From: Bacilli bacterium
GTDB lineage: Bacteria > Bacillota_I > Bacilli_A > ML615J-28 > CAG-698
DNA length: 64,000 nt
Direction of reading: 5' to 3'
Assembly (NCBI GenBank): GCA_050953065.1
Contig: JBMNLZ010000003.1
Location: 128,001-192,000 of the forward strand
The position numbers and the translations under genes are program-made. Of this stretch, positions 1 through 9,680 are shown piece by piece (within the stretch, counting starts at the first letter, position 1; each line of letters opens with the position of its first letter). The notes beneath the pieces were generated by a model that was not told the origin of the DNA, did not search any database, and was given only the letters and a program-made list of their open reading frames with translations.

Positions 1-1213
1 TTAATTGATAATAATCAAAAGGTAGTGCACTTACAACATTAAATGCATTATAAACATCATCTCCAAAAATCCCCATAGTCTTACAGCCACAATGTTTTAC
101 TAGTTCAATATCATGTGGAGTAATCTCACTATCATCATGAAATGAAAAACATAAATTATAACTCATTACTTCTACTTCTTCAAATCTAGCAAGTAATTCT
201 TTAAAGTTTTTCATATTTCTTATCATTTTAGGAGAATATTTAATGACAATCATTTCTTTAGTCATTTTATATTTAATCTTAGCAATATCATCAATTAAAA
301 TATTTAAAGCAATATCAAGAAGTTGTGTTAACTTTGGAGTCTTAGCAGCAACTGTAAAATAATCATCACTTGTCATAACACCCTTAATTGGATCAAATAA
401 TAAGAACTCTGTATCAACAAGTCTTACTTCTTGGTCTTGAATATGAAGAATTGGTTGATATCTAAATTCAAAAGGATAAATCGGGATATATTCAATATCA
501 TCTAAGCTTAATCCTTTTTTCTCTTTTTTAATTTGTTTTTCTTTTTTTATTTCTTTAAATTCTTTAGTAACAGCTATTTTTTCAAAATTAGCTTTTAAAA
601 TATTTAAGAATTCTTTTTCAACACTTAAAAAGAAATCAACAATTTCTCCGTCAAATTTAGCAGACTTTTCAGATACAAGTTTCTTCATTGCATATTCATG
701 TGCATCTTGATAGTTTAAGCCATCAGCTAACTTTTCTAGTGTTATGTTATCATATGAATTACTTACCGCACAAAGTCTTGCATAAAGTGGAATGTCCTCA
801 TCAGCCAACCCTCTAGGGTACCCCGACCCATCCCAAGCCTCATGATGGGCTTGCATTACAGAAACCAGCGCTACAACAAAAGGACTTGGTCTTTCTCCAG
901 CTAAGTTTTCCATTTCAACTGATGTATGATTTATTAATTGTTTTTCTTCAAACGGTGTTAATTCATCTTTTTCTAAGATATCTACATCAATTCCAATCTT
1001 CCCTAAATCATGGAATTTCATAATATCATAGACATCTTTTTCACTTAATAGTTTATCTTCACTATAAGAATCTGAATTAATCATTTGTTTATAGATATGT
1101 TTAGAATAATCAGCCACTCGTTGAGAGTGGTCTTTGACATTTTTAGGTAGCGTATCTAATAAGGGTGCAATCTCAGCAACAGTTGAGTTATATTTGATTT
1201 TTAATTCTTTCAT
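1..1213 (-). CDS. HD-GYP domain protein fused to a degenerate EAL-like domain (3'-truncated by window edge)
   Basis: Not in ORF track; translated by hand from ATG 1213, open to position 1. HD-GYP motifs DHSQRV, FHDLGK, HHEAWDGSGYPRGL, IPLYARL, KFDGEIV, then EAL-like FEFRYQPILHIQDQEVRLVDTEFLLFDPIKG. Confidence 0.85.
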   Translation of the reverse strand, partial: MKELKIKYNSTVAEIAPLLDTLPKNVKDHSQRVADYSKHIYKQMINSDSYSEDKLLSEKDVYDIMKFHDLGKIGIDVDILEKDELTPFEEKQLINHTSVEMENLAGERPSPFVVALVSVMQAHHEAWDGSGYPRGLADEDIPLYARLCAVSNSYDNITLEKLADGLNYQDAHEYAMKKLVSEKSAKFDGEIVDFFLSVEKEFLNILKANFEKIAVTKEFKEIKKEKQIKKEKKGLSLDDIEYIPIYPFEFRYQPILHIQDQEVRLVDTEFLLFDPIKGVMTSDDYFTVAAKTPKLTQLLDIALNILIDDIAKIKYKMTKEMIVIKYSPKMIRNMKNFKELLARFEEVEVMSYNLCFSFHDDSEITPHDIELVKHCGCKTMGIFGDDVYNAFNVVSALPFDYYQL

Positions 1214-1334
1214 TAAGCAAACTGGGCAAAACTGTTACTTAAGAACTAGTTTTGCACTCTCCTTTCTAAGAATGAATTGCTTACCTTTTAATATACAATT
1301 AAGGGGTAAAACAGGGTGCAGAATTCCTTATCTT

Positions 1335-1363
1335 ATTTTATCATTTTTTTTTTAAAATGTAAA
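1335..1363 (-). promoter_or_regulatory. sigma-A promoter of HD-GYP gene
   Basis: TTTACA-17bp-TAAAAT with extended TG. Confidence 0.55.
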
Positions 1364-1466
1364 GTATTTAGACCTTTTATTCTATGTTTTTTTGCTTATT
1401 TTTATGTTGTTTTCAAGTCTTTTTTAATAAAAAAAAGAAAGTTTTAAAAAAATATAAAATATGGAC

Positions 1467-1501
1467 AAAAAACTCCTAGAAATTTTATTTTCTAGGAGTT
1501 T
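1467..1501 (-). terminator. Rho-independent terminator
   Basis: AAACTCCTAGAAA/TTTCTAGGAGTTT inverted repeat followed by T run on minus strand. Confidence 0.8.
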
Positions 1502-1524
1502 GGATATCTTAAACTATAAAGTTT

Positions 1525-2391
1525 TTAAGTCCATTTATCAGCATCATCCATTGCAAAATCAAGTGATAACATAACTGTTTGTCCTAAGTTAGCATCAATT
1601 GCTTCAGCATCTGTTCCTTCTATCCACATTACAACTGATACTTTTTGAGCAGCTGCTTTAGCTGTACCAGTATTAACTTCTAAAATTTTTGTAGCTGAAG
1701 TAGAAGTATTATGTGCTATAATTCTTTTAATTTGTCCTGCTGTTGGAGTAGTAGCAATCTCACCTTTAGGTTCATTCGTTGTCGCAGCCGCTCCAGCCGA
1801 TGTAACAAATGGAATAGGTTCAGTTGCATCAGTATAAGGTGCCCAAATACCAACGATATTATTATTACTATCTAGGAAGGCAACTCTAACAGCCTTTCTT
1901 ATTGTAACATCATTTATTACAGATCCACCCGTTAAATAAACTCCTTTGTCAACACCTGCTCCAGCAACACCAGAAAATCCTGTGAAATACAAATCAAAAG
2001 TTATATACTTATGCAATTCTCCACTAATCGCAGAAAATTCAACTGGAGTTTCTTTAGTTAAATAAAAGAAAGCTTTACCATTTCCTGAAATATTTGATTT
2101 TTCTTGTTCTACAAGACCAGAAATTTTAAAAGGAGAAGATCTAAAGTCAACATTATTAACAAAATCACCATATTGTAAAGATGCAAAAGCAATAGGAGTA
2201 TTATCTCCAGGCTCTATAAGACTAGCATCTACAGCAGGATAAATTTTTAAAACACCTTTACTAGTAGCAACAATAGATGCACCTTGACCTTTAGAAGTTT
2301 CACTTAAACTAAACCACGCAAATACACCAACTACTAATAATACCATCATAACCGCAAGGAACGTATAACTAAAAATTAATTTCTTTTTCAT
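1525..2391 (-). CDS. Secreted protein with SipW-type signal peptide (TasA/camelysin-like class), paralog 2
   Basis: MKKK + hydrophobic helix ending VFAWFS; C-terminal VVMWIEGTD...LSLDF; shares motif blocks with 2569..3471. Confidence 0.65.
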   Translation of the reverse strand: MKKKLIFSYTFLAVMMVLLVVGVFAWFSLSETSKGQGASIVATSKGVLKIYPAVDASLIEPGDNTPIAFASLQYGDFVNNVDFRSSPFKISGLVEQEKSNISGNGKAFFYLTKETPVEFSAISGELHKYITFDLYFTGFSGVAGAGVDKGVYLTGGSVINDVTIRKAVRVAFLDSNNNIVGIWAPYTDATEPIPFVTSAGAAATTNEPKGEIATTPTAGQIKRIIAHNTSTSATKILEVNTGTAKAAAQKVSVVMWIEGTDAEAIDANLGQTVMLSLDFAMDDADKWT

Positions 2392-2512
2392 TTTTTTAAA
2401 TACCTTTCTATATTTTTTTAAACATTTAATCGTTCACACCAATATAATAACATATTCTTATTTATTTTACTAGTATAATTTTATTTTTTATTTTTTAAGC
2501 AATAACAATTAA

Positions 2513-2543
2513 TAGAAAACCACTGAAAAACAGTAGTTTTCTA
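2513..2543 (-). terminator. Probable terminator hairpin
   Basis: TAGAAAAC-CACTG/CAGTA-GTTTTCTA inverted repeat downstream of stop. Confidence 0.55.
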
Positions 2544-2568
2544 AAAAATCTTTCCAACTTAAATATTT

Positions 2569-3471
2569 CTAAGCTTGTGGTTGTTCCGCAAATTCAGTTA
2601 GCGTAGCAACACCAAAATTCATCTTAATGTTTGAAAGCGCTCTAAGGTTAGCATCCACAGTAGCTGCATCAGCTCCCTCAATCCAAATTCTTACAACCAT
2701 AGCTTGGCTCGTACTATGAGCAGTACCTAATACTACTGGTAATAAAGGCGTTGCTTGAATTTTACCACCATCTAAATCTCCATTTATTACTCTTAAAGTC
2801 TCATAAAGAGGAGTATCACCACTCTTTGTATAACCTAAAATTCCACTAGCACTTGGGTATGTATCAGTTGATTTAACATAATTAAGGTTACCAGCATGTG
2901 TTGCTCCAGAAACTACTGTTGCATGAGGTGCCCATATTCCAATTGTTGAAGTACCTGCTGCATTCAAAAATGCAACACGTATACCAGCAATAATTGAAGG
3001 ATCACTTGCTTCTCCAACTTTTGTAATTGCTGAGTTTCCTGTTAAATAAACTTGTTTTACAGTAGTATCAGTTTGGTCCCCATTATAACCAGTAAAATAA
3101 AGTTTAAACTGAACATAATCGTGAATTCCATCTACTCCCGCTGAATATGATGGTGAATCTCCACCAATCAATCTAAAAAACGAAGTTCCATTTCCAGAAA
3201 TATTAGTACGTTTTGCATTAGCAATCGCTGCATCAGCGAATTGTCCTGATGAGAAGTTAACATTATATTTATAATCACCAAAACCAGTAGGCTCTACAGT
3301 TTGGTTTGGTGAAACAGAGTAAACCCTCAATGTTCCTTCAGTAATAGCTTGGATTTGAGCGTTTTCAACTGTTGAAGTTGCTGTTACCGTAAACCATGCA
3401 AATGCACCCACTGCAAACAATAACAATGAAATCCCTAACATTGCATAAAGCATAACAAATTTTCTTTTCAT
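2569..3471 (-). CDS. Secreted protein with SipW-type signal peptide (TasA/camelysin-like class), paralog 1
   Basis: Signal ending AFAWFT; NISGNG, LYFTG, VYLTG, RVAFL, GIWAP, WIEG.DA...DANL blocks shared with neighbour; AAGGAG RBS. Confidence 0.65.
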   Translation of the reverse strand: MKRKFVMLYAMLGISLLLFAVGAFAWFTVTATSTVENAQIQAITEGTLRVYSVSPNQTVEPTGFGDYKYNVNFSSGQFADAAIANAKRTNISGNGTSFFRLIGGDSPSYSAGVDGIHDYVQFKLYFTGYNGDQTDTTVKQVYLTGNSAITKVGEASDPSIIAGIRVAFLNAAGTSTIGIWAPHATVVSGATHAGNLNYVKSTDTYPSASGILGYTKSGDTPLYETLRVINGDLDGGKIQATPLLPVVLGTAHSTSQAMVVRIWIEGADAATVDANLRALSNIKMNFGVATLTEFAEQPQA

Positions 3472-3635
3472 ATTTTTTCTCCTTTTTATAGATAGTTTTC
3501 TTTAAAAATAAAACTAAATTTCTTCAACCTTAGAAAAAAAATAATTAGTTTTTAAACAAAACTATTTGGTTAACTTCCTTTGTTTTCATTAAATTTCCTA
3601 TCTAACGAGAGCAAACGAGAGTTTTCCTTAACTAA

Positions 3636-3664
3636 ATTGTATCATTTATATTTTGTTATTGCAA
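3636..3664 (-). promoter_or_regulatory. sigma-A promoter of TasA-like gene
   Basis: TTGCAA-17bp-TACAAT with extended TG. Confidence 0.65.
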
Positions 3665-3707
3665 GTATTTTACATAAAAATGATTTTATTTTTATTTTTT
3701 AATAAAC

Positions 3708-3756
3708 AAAAAACACCATTTTGTTTAGTATCTTCTAAATAAAATGGTGTTTTTTT
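3708..3756 (-). terminator. Terminator of polysaccharide operon
   Basis: AAAAAACACCATTTT/AAAATGGTGTTTTTT long inverted repeat. Confidence 0.8.
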
Positions 3757-3775
3757 ATGAAATTTTTTTAATAAA

Positions 3776-4750
3776 TCATAAATTCTTCTTATACCATTCA
3801 ATTGCCTCAATTATTCCATCTTTAAAACTCCAACTAGGGTTATAACCTAACAATTTTTTTGCTTTAGAAATATCTGCATTGCTGTGTTTAATATCTCCTA
3901 CTCTTGCTTCTTTAAATATAGGTTTAATATCCTTACCTAATACTTCACATAATAAATCATAAATATCAATTAAATATTCTCTTCCGCCATAAGCGATATT
4001 AAAAGCTTCACCCGAAGTACCTTCAAAAGCATTACATGCTTTTAAATTAGCTTCAATGACATTTTCAATATAAGTAAAATCTCTACTTTGTTTGCCATCA
4101 CCATAAATTGTTGGAATTTCTCCATTTAATAATTGTTTAATGAATTTAGGAATAACTGCAGCATAATCACCATATGGATTTTGTCTTTTTCCAAAAACAT
4201 TAAAGTATCTTAACCCAATTGTTTCTAAGCCATATAACTTATAATAAAGTTTTGCATATTCTTCATTTGTTTTTTTAGTTAAAGCATAAGGAGATAAAAT
4301 ATTGCCTTCACTTCCTTCTTTTTTAGGTAAAGAGATACTATCTCCATAAACAGAAGAACTTGATGCATAAACAAACTTTTTTACTTTGTTTATTCTAGAT
4401 GCTTCTAACATATTCAATGTCCCTCTAATATTTATATCTTCATAAAGCAAGGGCATCTCAACATTTCTTGGAACGCTTCCCCAAGCAGCCTGATGCAAAA
4501 CATAATCTGCTCCTTTACAAGCATTAATACAATCTTCTAAATTTCTAATATCTTTTTCTAAAAATTCAAATTTTTTATTTTTTAAAAATGGTTTGATGTT
4601 ATTAATATTACCAGTTGATAAATCATCTAAACATCTAACATAATAACCCATTTCTAAAATTTTTTCGCATAAATTAGAACCAATAAATCCAGCTCCGCCA
4701 GTAATCAAAAAAACTGTATTCTTTGGAAAACTAATATTACTATATCCCAT
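3776..4750 (-). CDS. wbpP: UDP-GlcNAc(A) C4-epimerase, WbpP/TviC-like SDR
   Basis: [33 protein letters not shown]; start moved to ATG 4750 (GGAG RBS, TAATG coupling). Confidence 0.8.
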   Translation of the reverse strand: MGYSNISFPKNTVFLITGGAGFIGSNLCEKILEMGYYVRCLDDLSTGNINNIKPFLKNKKFEFLEKDIRNLEDCINACKGADYVLHQAAWGSVPRNVEMPLLYEDINIRGTLNMLEASRINKVKKFVYASSSSVYGDSISLPKKEGSEGNILSPYALTKKTNEEYAKLYYKLYGLETIGLRYFNVFGKRQNPYGDYAAVIPKFIKQLLNGEIPTIYGDGKQSRDFTYIENVIEANLKACNAFEGTSGEAFNIAYGGREYLIDIYDLLCEVLGKDIKPIFKEARVGDIKHSNADISKAKKLLGYNPSWSFKDGIIEAIEWYKKNL

Positions 4751-6066
4751 TAAAGTCTCCAATACTTATAATTATTTGTTTCAAAAGTATTTCTATTAAA
4801 TATACCCTTTACATCAATTAAAACTTTATTTGTTTTTCTATTATACATTTTATCTAAAGCATCAATAGATAATGCTTTAAATTCATTATGACTAACAGCA
4901 ATAACAATTGCATCCACATCTTTTATTTCTTCTTTTTCATTAAAAGAAAAACCATATTCACGTTTTGCTTCTTCTTTGTCCGCTACAGGGTCTACAATTA
5001 ATGGAGTTATACCATACTCTTTTAATTCATTAACAATATCAATCACTCTTGTATTTCTTGTATCAGGACAATTTTCTTTAAAGGTAAACCCTAGAATCGC
5101 AACTTTAGCATTTTTTACAGAAACATTAGCTTTGATTAATACTTTAATCAAATTCTCAACAATATACCTTCCCATATTATCATTTATTCTTCTACCTGAT
5201 AATATAATTTGAGAATGATAACCAACTTGTTCTGCTTTGTAAGTTAAATAATATGGGTCAACACCAATGCAGTGACCTCCAACTAAACCTGGTGAAAACT
5301 TTAAAAAATTCCACTTAGTCCCAGCCGCTTCTAACACTGCTTTTGTATCAATATTTAATCTATTAAAAATAATTGATAATTCATTCATGAAAGCAATATT
5401 AATATCTCTTTGAGAATTTTCAATTACTTTGGCAGCTTCAGCTACTTTAATAGATTCTGCCTTGTAAACTCCAGCCTCTACTACTAATTCATAAACTTTA
5501 GCAACTACATCTAGAGTTTCTAAATCCATTCCTGAAACTATTTTTATAATAGTTTCTAAACGGTGCACTTTATCTCCTGGATTTATTCTTTCAGGAGAAT
5601 ATCCCACTTTAAAATCAACCCCGCATTTTAAACCTGATTCTTTTTCAAGAATCGGAACACATACTTCTTCTGTTACACTAGGATAGACTGTTGATTCATA
5701 AACTACAATTGAACCTTTCACAAGATTTCTTCCTAAAGTTTTAGAAGCACTTTCAACTGGTCTTAAGTCAGGTGTGCGATCTTTATTAACAGGCGTAGGG
5801 ACAGCGACTATATGGAATTTAGCTTCTTTAAGCTTTTTTTCATCAGTTGTAAAATCTACTGTAGTAGATTTTATAACATCATTACCAACTTCTTTAGTTG
5901 GATCAATTCCTTTTTTATATAAAGCTATTTTTTCTTCACTAATATCAAAACCAATAACTTTTATCTTTTTACTAAAAGCAACAGCAATAGGCATACCAAC
6001 ATAACCTAAACCGATTAGCGACATGCTTTCTTTTTTTTCTATAAGTTTTTCATATAATTTATTCAT
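4750..6066 (-). CDS. wbpO: UDP-N-acetylhexosamine C6-dehydrogenase, WbpO/TviB-like
   Basis: [38 protein letters not shown]; likely start ATG 6066. Confidence 0.85.
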   Translation of the reverse strand: MNKLYEKLIEKKESMSLIGLGYVGMPIAVAFSKKIKVIGFDISEEKIALYKKGIDPTKEVGNDVIKSTTVDFTTDEKKLKEAKFHIVAVPTPVNKDRTPDLRPVESASKTLGRNLVKGSIVVYESTVYPSVTEEVCVPILEKESGLKCGVDFKVGYSPERINPGDKVHRLETIIKIVSGMDLETLDVVAKVYELVVEAGVYKAESIKVAEAAKVIENSQRDINIAFMNELSIIFNRLNIDTKAVLEAAGTKWNFLKFSPGLVGGHCIGVDPYYLTYKAEQVGYHSQIILSGRRINDNMGRYIVENLIKVLIKANVSVKNAKVAILGFTFKENCPDTRNTRVIDIVNELKEYGITPLIVDPVADKEEAKREYGFSFNEKEEIKDVDAIVIAVSHNEFKALSIDALDKMYNRKTNKVLIDVKGIFNRNTFETNNYKYWRL

Positions 6067-6088
6067 AAATCTCTCCATTTAAATTTGC

Positions 6089-7102
6089 TTATTTATAATG
6101 TTTTGCCATAAATCTTAAATATTCGCCACTTTCAATATTTTTAAGCCATTTTTGATTATCTATGTTCCATTTAATAGTTTGTTTAATCCCAGAATCAAAA
6201 TTATATTTAGGCTTCCAGCCTAAAGAGTTTTCAATTTTAGTAGCATCAATTGCATATCTTAAATCATGCCCTGGTCTATCAGTAACAAACCGAATTAAAC
6301 TTTCAGGCTTATTTAATTCTTTTAAAATTATTTTTACAACCTCAATATTGGTTTTCTCATTATGTCCACCAATATTATAAACTTCCCCTATCGCACCTTT
6401 ATGGATGATTAAATCAATTGCTGTACAATGATCATATACATGTAACCAATCTCTAACGTTTTCTCCCTTACCATAAACTGGTAAGAATTTATCTTCTAAA
6501 GCATTTTTAATCATTAAAGGAATTAACTTTTCAGGGAATTGATAAGGCCCATAATTATTAGAACATCTTGAAATAGTAATAGGCAAGCCAAAAGTTCTAT
6601 TATAAGCATGGACTAATAAATCAGCCGATGCTTTAGATGCCGAATATGGGCTTGAAGTTTGAAGTGGCGTTTTTTCAGTAAATAATAAATCTTTTCTATC
6701 AAGAGGTAAATCTCCATATACCTCATCAGTTGATACCTGATGGAATCTTTTAACGCTATACTTTAAAGAAGCATCCATCAAAACTTGCGTTCCAATGATA
6801 TTTGTCTTTAAGAAAATTTCCGGATTTTCTATTGATCTATCAACATGTGATTCAGCTGCAAAATTAATTACAACATCAAATTTTTCTTTTTCAAATAACT
6901 CAAAAACCAATTTTCTATCCGTAATATCTCCTTTAACAAATTTAAAATTAGGCTTTCCCATTATGGGTTCTAAGGTTTCTAAATTACCTGCATAAGTTAG
7001 AGCATCTAATACCAAAATGTTATAGGTAGGATATTTATCAACCATATAATGGCAAAAATTTCCGCCAATAAATCCAGCACCACCAGTTATTAATATTTTC
7101 AT
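6089..7102 (-). CDS. rmlB: dTDP-glucose 4,6-dehydratase
   Basis: [31 protein letters not shown]. Confidence 0.95.
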   Translation of the reverse strand: MKILITGGAGFIGGNFCHYMVDKYPTYNILVLDALTYAGNLETLEPIMGKPNFKFVKGDITDRKLVFELFEKEKFDVVINFAAESHVDRSIENPEIFLKTNIIGTQVLMDASLKYSVKRFHQVSTDEVYGDLPLDRKDLLFTEKTPLQTSSPYSASKASADLLVHAYNRTFGLPITISRCSNNYGPYQFPEKLIPLMIKNALEDKFLPVYGKGENVRDWLHVYDHCTAIDLIIHKGAIGEVYNIGGHNEKTNIEVVKIILKELNKPESLIRFVTDRPGHDLRYAIDATKIENSLGWKPKYNFDSGIKQTIKWNIDNQKWLKNIESGEYLRFMAKHYK

Positions 7103-7983
7103 TTTAAACCCCTCTTTTTAAAATCAGTCAACGAAAGAATATATTGACCATATTCAGTCATCTTTAAACTTTTACCAATATTATAAAGTTGTTCTTCAGT
7201 TATAAATCCCCTTCTCCAAGCAATCTCTTCAATACAAGAAATATAGAAACCTTGTCTTGATTGAATAGCCTCAACATATTGAGAAGCATTTAACAAGCCA
7301 GTTGGTGTTCCTGTATCAAGCCAAGCCATTCCTCTACCTAACAAAACGACATTTAATTTATTCATTTTTAAGTATTCATTATTAACGCTAGTAATCTCAA
7401 GCTCTCCTCTTGCAGAAGGCTTAATATTTTTAACTATCTCAACAACTTTATTATCATAAAAATACAAACCAGGTACAGCATAATTAGATTTTGGATTGGC
7501 AGGTTTTTCTTCTATAGAAATCACCTTATTCGATTCATCAAATTCTACTACTCCAAATGAAGATGCATCCTTTACAGGATAGCCAAAAATAACCGCCCCA
7601 TCTTTTATTTCTTTAGCTTGATTTAATACTTTTGTTAAATCTTGTCCATAAAAAAGATTATCTCCAAGAATCAAACAAACACTATCATCCCCAATAAATG
7701 ATCTTCCTATTATGAAAGCATCAGCTAAACCTCTTGGTGTTTCTTGAATTTTATAATTAATATTTAATCCTAAAGAACTCCCATCATTAAATAGTTTTTC
7801 ATATAATGGTGTATCCTCTGGAGTTGAAATTATTAAGATATCTTTAATTCCTGCTAACATCAAAACAGAAAGCGGATAATATATTAAAGGTTTATCATAA
7901 ATAGGTAACAATTGTTTTGAAATAACTTTAGTCATTGGGTAAAGTCTTGAACCTTTACCTCCCGCTAATATAATTCCTTTCAT
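7099..7983 (-). CDS. rmlA: Glucose-1-phosphate thymidylyltransferase
   Basis: [38 protein letters not shown]. Confidence 0.95.
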   Translation of the reverse strand: MKGIILAGGKGSRLYPMTKVISKQLLPIYDKPLIYYPLSVLMLAGIKDILIISTPEDTPLYEKLFNDGSSLGLNINYKIQETPRGLADAFIIGRSFIGDDSVCLILGDNLFYGQDLTKVLNQAKEIKDGAVIFGYPVKDASSFGVVEFDESNKVISIEEKPANPKSNYAVPGLYFYDNKVVEIVKNIKPSARGELEITSVNNEYLKMNKLNVVLLGRGMAWLDTGTPTGLLNASQYVEAIQSRQGFYISCIEEIAWRRGFITEEQLYNIGKSLKMTEYGQYILSLTDFKKRGLK

Positions 7984-7986
7984 AAT

Positions 7987-9084
7987 TTATCTCCCTTCTT
8001 TTATTATCTTGCAAACCCTATCAACATTATCTAACTCTAAATCAGCATACATCGGAAGGCATAAGATATTATTTGTTATTTTAGATGCTACTAAAGTATC
8101 AGAGATTTTAAAACCTATTTTATATGCATTAAAATCACTTGTTAGAGGATAAAAATATTTTCTAGCATATATTTCGTTTTCTTTTAATAAATTAAAAACT
8201 TGATCTCTAGTCAATTTATAACTATCAAATAATACAGGAAAATAAGCATAGTTTTGAATTACATCTTCTTGTTTGAAATTTAGTCTTATTCCTTTTATTC
8301 CTCTTAAATTTTTTTCATATCTTTCAAAAACTTTTTTACGTTTTTTTATTTCATCACTTACTATTTCAAGATTGCATAACCCCATCGCTGCTCTAAACTC
8401 ATCTACTTTAGCATTTCCACCAATGTAATCTACTTCTTCTTGCGATACAATACCAAAATTTTTTAAAGATTCTAACCTTGTCTTTAACGAAGAATCATTA
8501 TAAGTTAAAGCTCCGCCCTCACCCGTATGAAACACTTTTGTAGCATGAAAACTAAACATCGAAATATCGCCATAAGTTGCAATACCTTTGTTTTTATATT
8601 TTACCCCAAAAGCATGGGCTGCATCATAAATCACTTTTAAATTATATTTTTTAGCAATTCTTTCAATTTCTTCCACATTGCAAACATTACCATAAACATG
8701 CACCGGCAATATCGCTATAGTTTTATCAGTTATTAAACTCTCAATTTTAGTCTCATCAATCGTATAGTCTGTTTCTTTAATATCACAAAAAATAGGAATA
8801 TTACCAGTTCTAACAATCGCATTAGTTGTAGAAACAAACGTAAAAGGCGTAGTAATAACTTCACCTTTTTTCCCCAAAACTTCTAAAGCATATTCTAACG
8901 CTATATGTCCATTAGAATAAAGCGATATAAAAGGCGTTTCAAGATATTCCTTTAATCCCTTTTCTAATTCCATATGAAAGGTGCCCATATTAGTTAAATG
9001 TTTAGTACTCCATAAAGTTTTGATTTTTTCTATATATTTTTCATAACTTGGTAAAGATGATTGTGTTACATTAATTCTTTTCAT
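7987..9084 (-). CDS. vioA: DegT-family sugar aminotransferase, VioA-like (dTDP-4-amino-4,6-dideoxyglucose)
   Basis: PVHVYG, YDAAHAFG, FSFHATKVF, RKYFYP; next to rmlAB with no rmlCD; likely start ATG 9084. Confidence 0.75.
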   Translation of the reverse strand: MKRINVTQSSLPSYEKYIEKIKTLWSTKHLTNMGTFHMELEKGLKEYLETPFISLYSNGHIALEYALEVLGKKGEVITTPFTFVSTTNAIVRTGNIPIFCDIKETDYTIDETKIESLITDKTIAILPVHVYGNVCNVEEIERIAKKYNLKVIYDAAHAFGVKYKNKGIATYGDISMFSFHATKVFHTGEGGALTYNDSSLKTRLESLKNFGIVSQEEVDYIGGNAKVDEFRAAMGLCNLEIVSDEIKKRKKVFERYEKNLRGIKGIRLNFKQEDVIQNYAYFPVLFDSYKLTRDQVFNLLKENEIYARKYFYPLTSDFNAYKIGFKISDTLVASKITNNILCLPMYADLELDNVDRVCKIIKEGR

Positions 9085-9646
9085 TTTTCTTCTCACTTAA
9101 ATATTTTTCTTCTAATAATAATAATTTTTTACTTCTTTCTTTCAAAACCCTTGCTGGTTGACCAATATTTACAGTCCAAGGAAGAGATGACTTATTAATA
9201 AAACTCATAGCACCAAAAGAACTTCCCTCTTCTAACACTACACCTGGTAAAACAACTGAACTAGCACCTATTAAAACATGTTTTTTTATGATTACTTCTT
9301 TAGAAATAATATTTTTATATTTGCTAGGAATGGTAGAATTAGTTAGATAATCTCCTAAATAGTCATCTGTAATAGCATAAACTGTAACTCTAGAAGATAA
9401 GCATGAAAAATCCTCCATTACTATTCCAGCATCGCCTGCAAACATCGCAGCATAAGCTGCAATATGAATGTTATTCCCTAAGTTGATTTTTCCACTTAAT
9501 AAGCAAAAATCATCTATTCTAACATTTGAACCAATCGATATTTTATCAGCTGAATAAATTCTAGCAAATCTACTTATTAATACATTTTCACCATATGATT
9601 TTAATCCTAGCGATTTTAATTCTTCTTTGCTTAAAAAACTATTCAT
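9071..9646 (-). CDS. Hexapeptide-repeat acetyltransferase, VioB-like
   Basis: LbH repeats, VRIDDFC, HIAAY, TDDY; adjacent to vioA-like gene; likely start ATG 9646. Confidence 0.75.
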   Translation of the reverse strand: MNSFLSKEELKSLGLKSYGENVLISRFARIYSADKISIGSNVRIDDFCLLSGKINLGNNIHIAAYAAMFAGDAGIVMEDFSCLSSRVTVYAITDDYLGDYLTNSTIPSKYKNIISKEVIIKKHVLIGASSVVLPGVVLEEGSSFGAMSFINKSSLPWTVNIGQPARVLKERSKKLLLLEEKYLSEKKNEKN

Positions 9647-9680
9647 CCATCTCACCTTTTCTAAAAAAATTTTCTAATAA

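Noticed and set aside
1211-1330. Known c-di-GMP-I or -II riboswitch
   Set aside because: Contains GCAAA and GCAC/GTGC fragments, but not the GNRA tetraloop/receptor or kink-turn architecture by eye; kept only as an unassigned structured leader.
1134-1355. 73-aa plus-strand ORF
   Set aside because: Antisense to the HD-GYP start and leader; no RBS and no recognisable motif.
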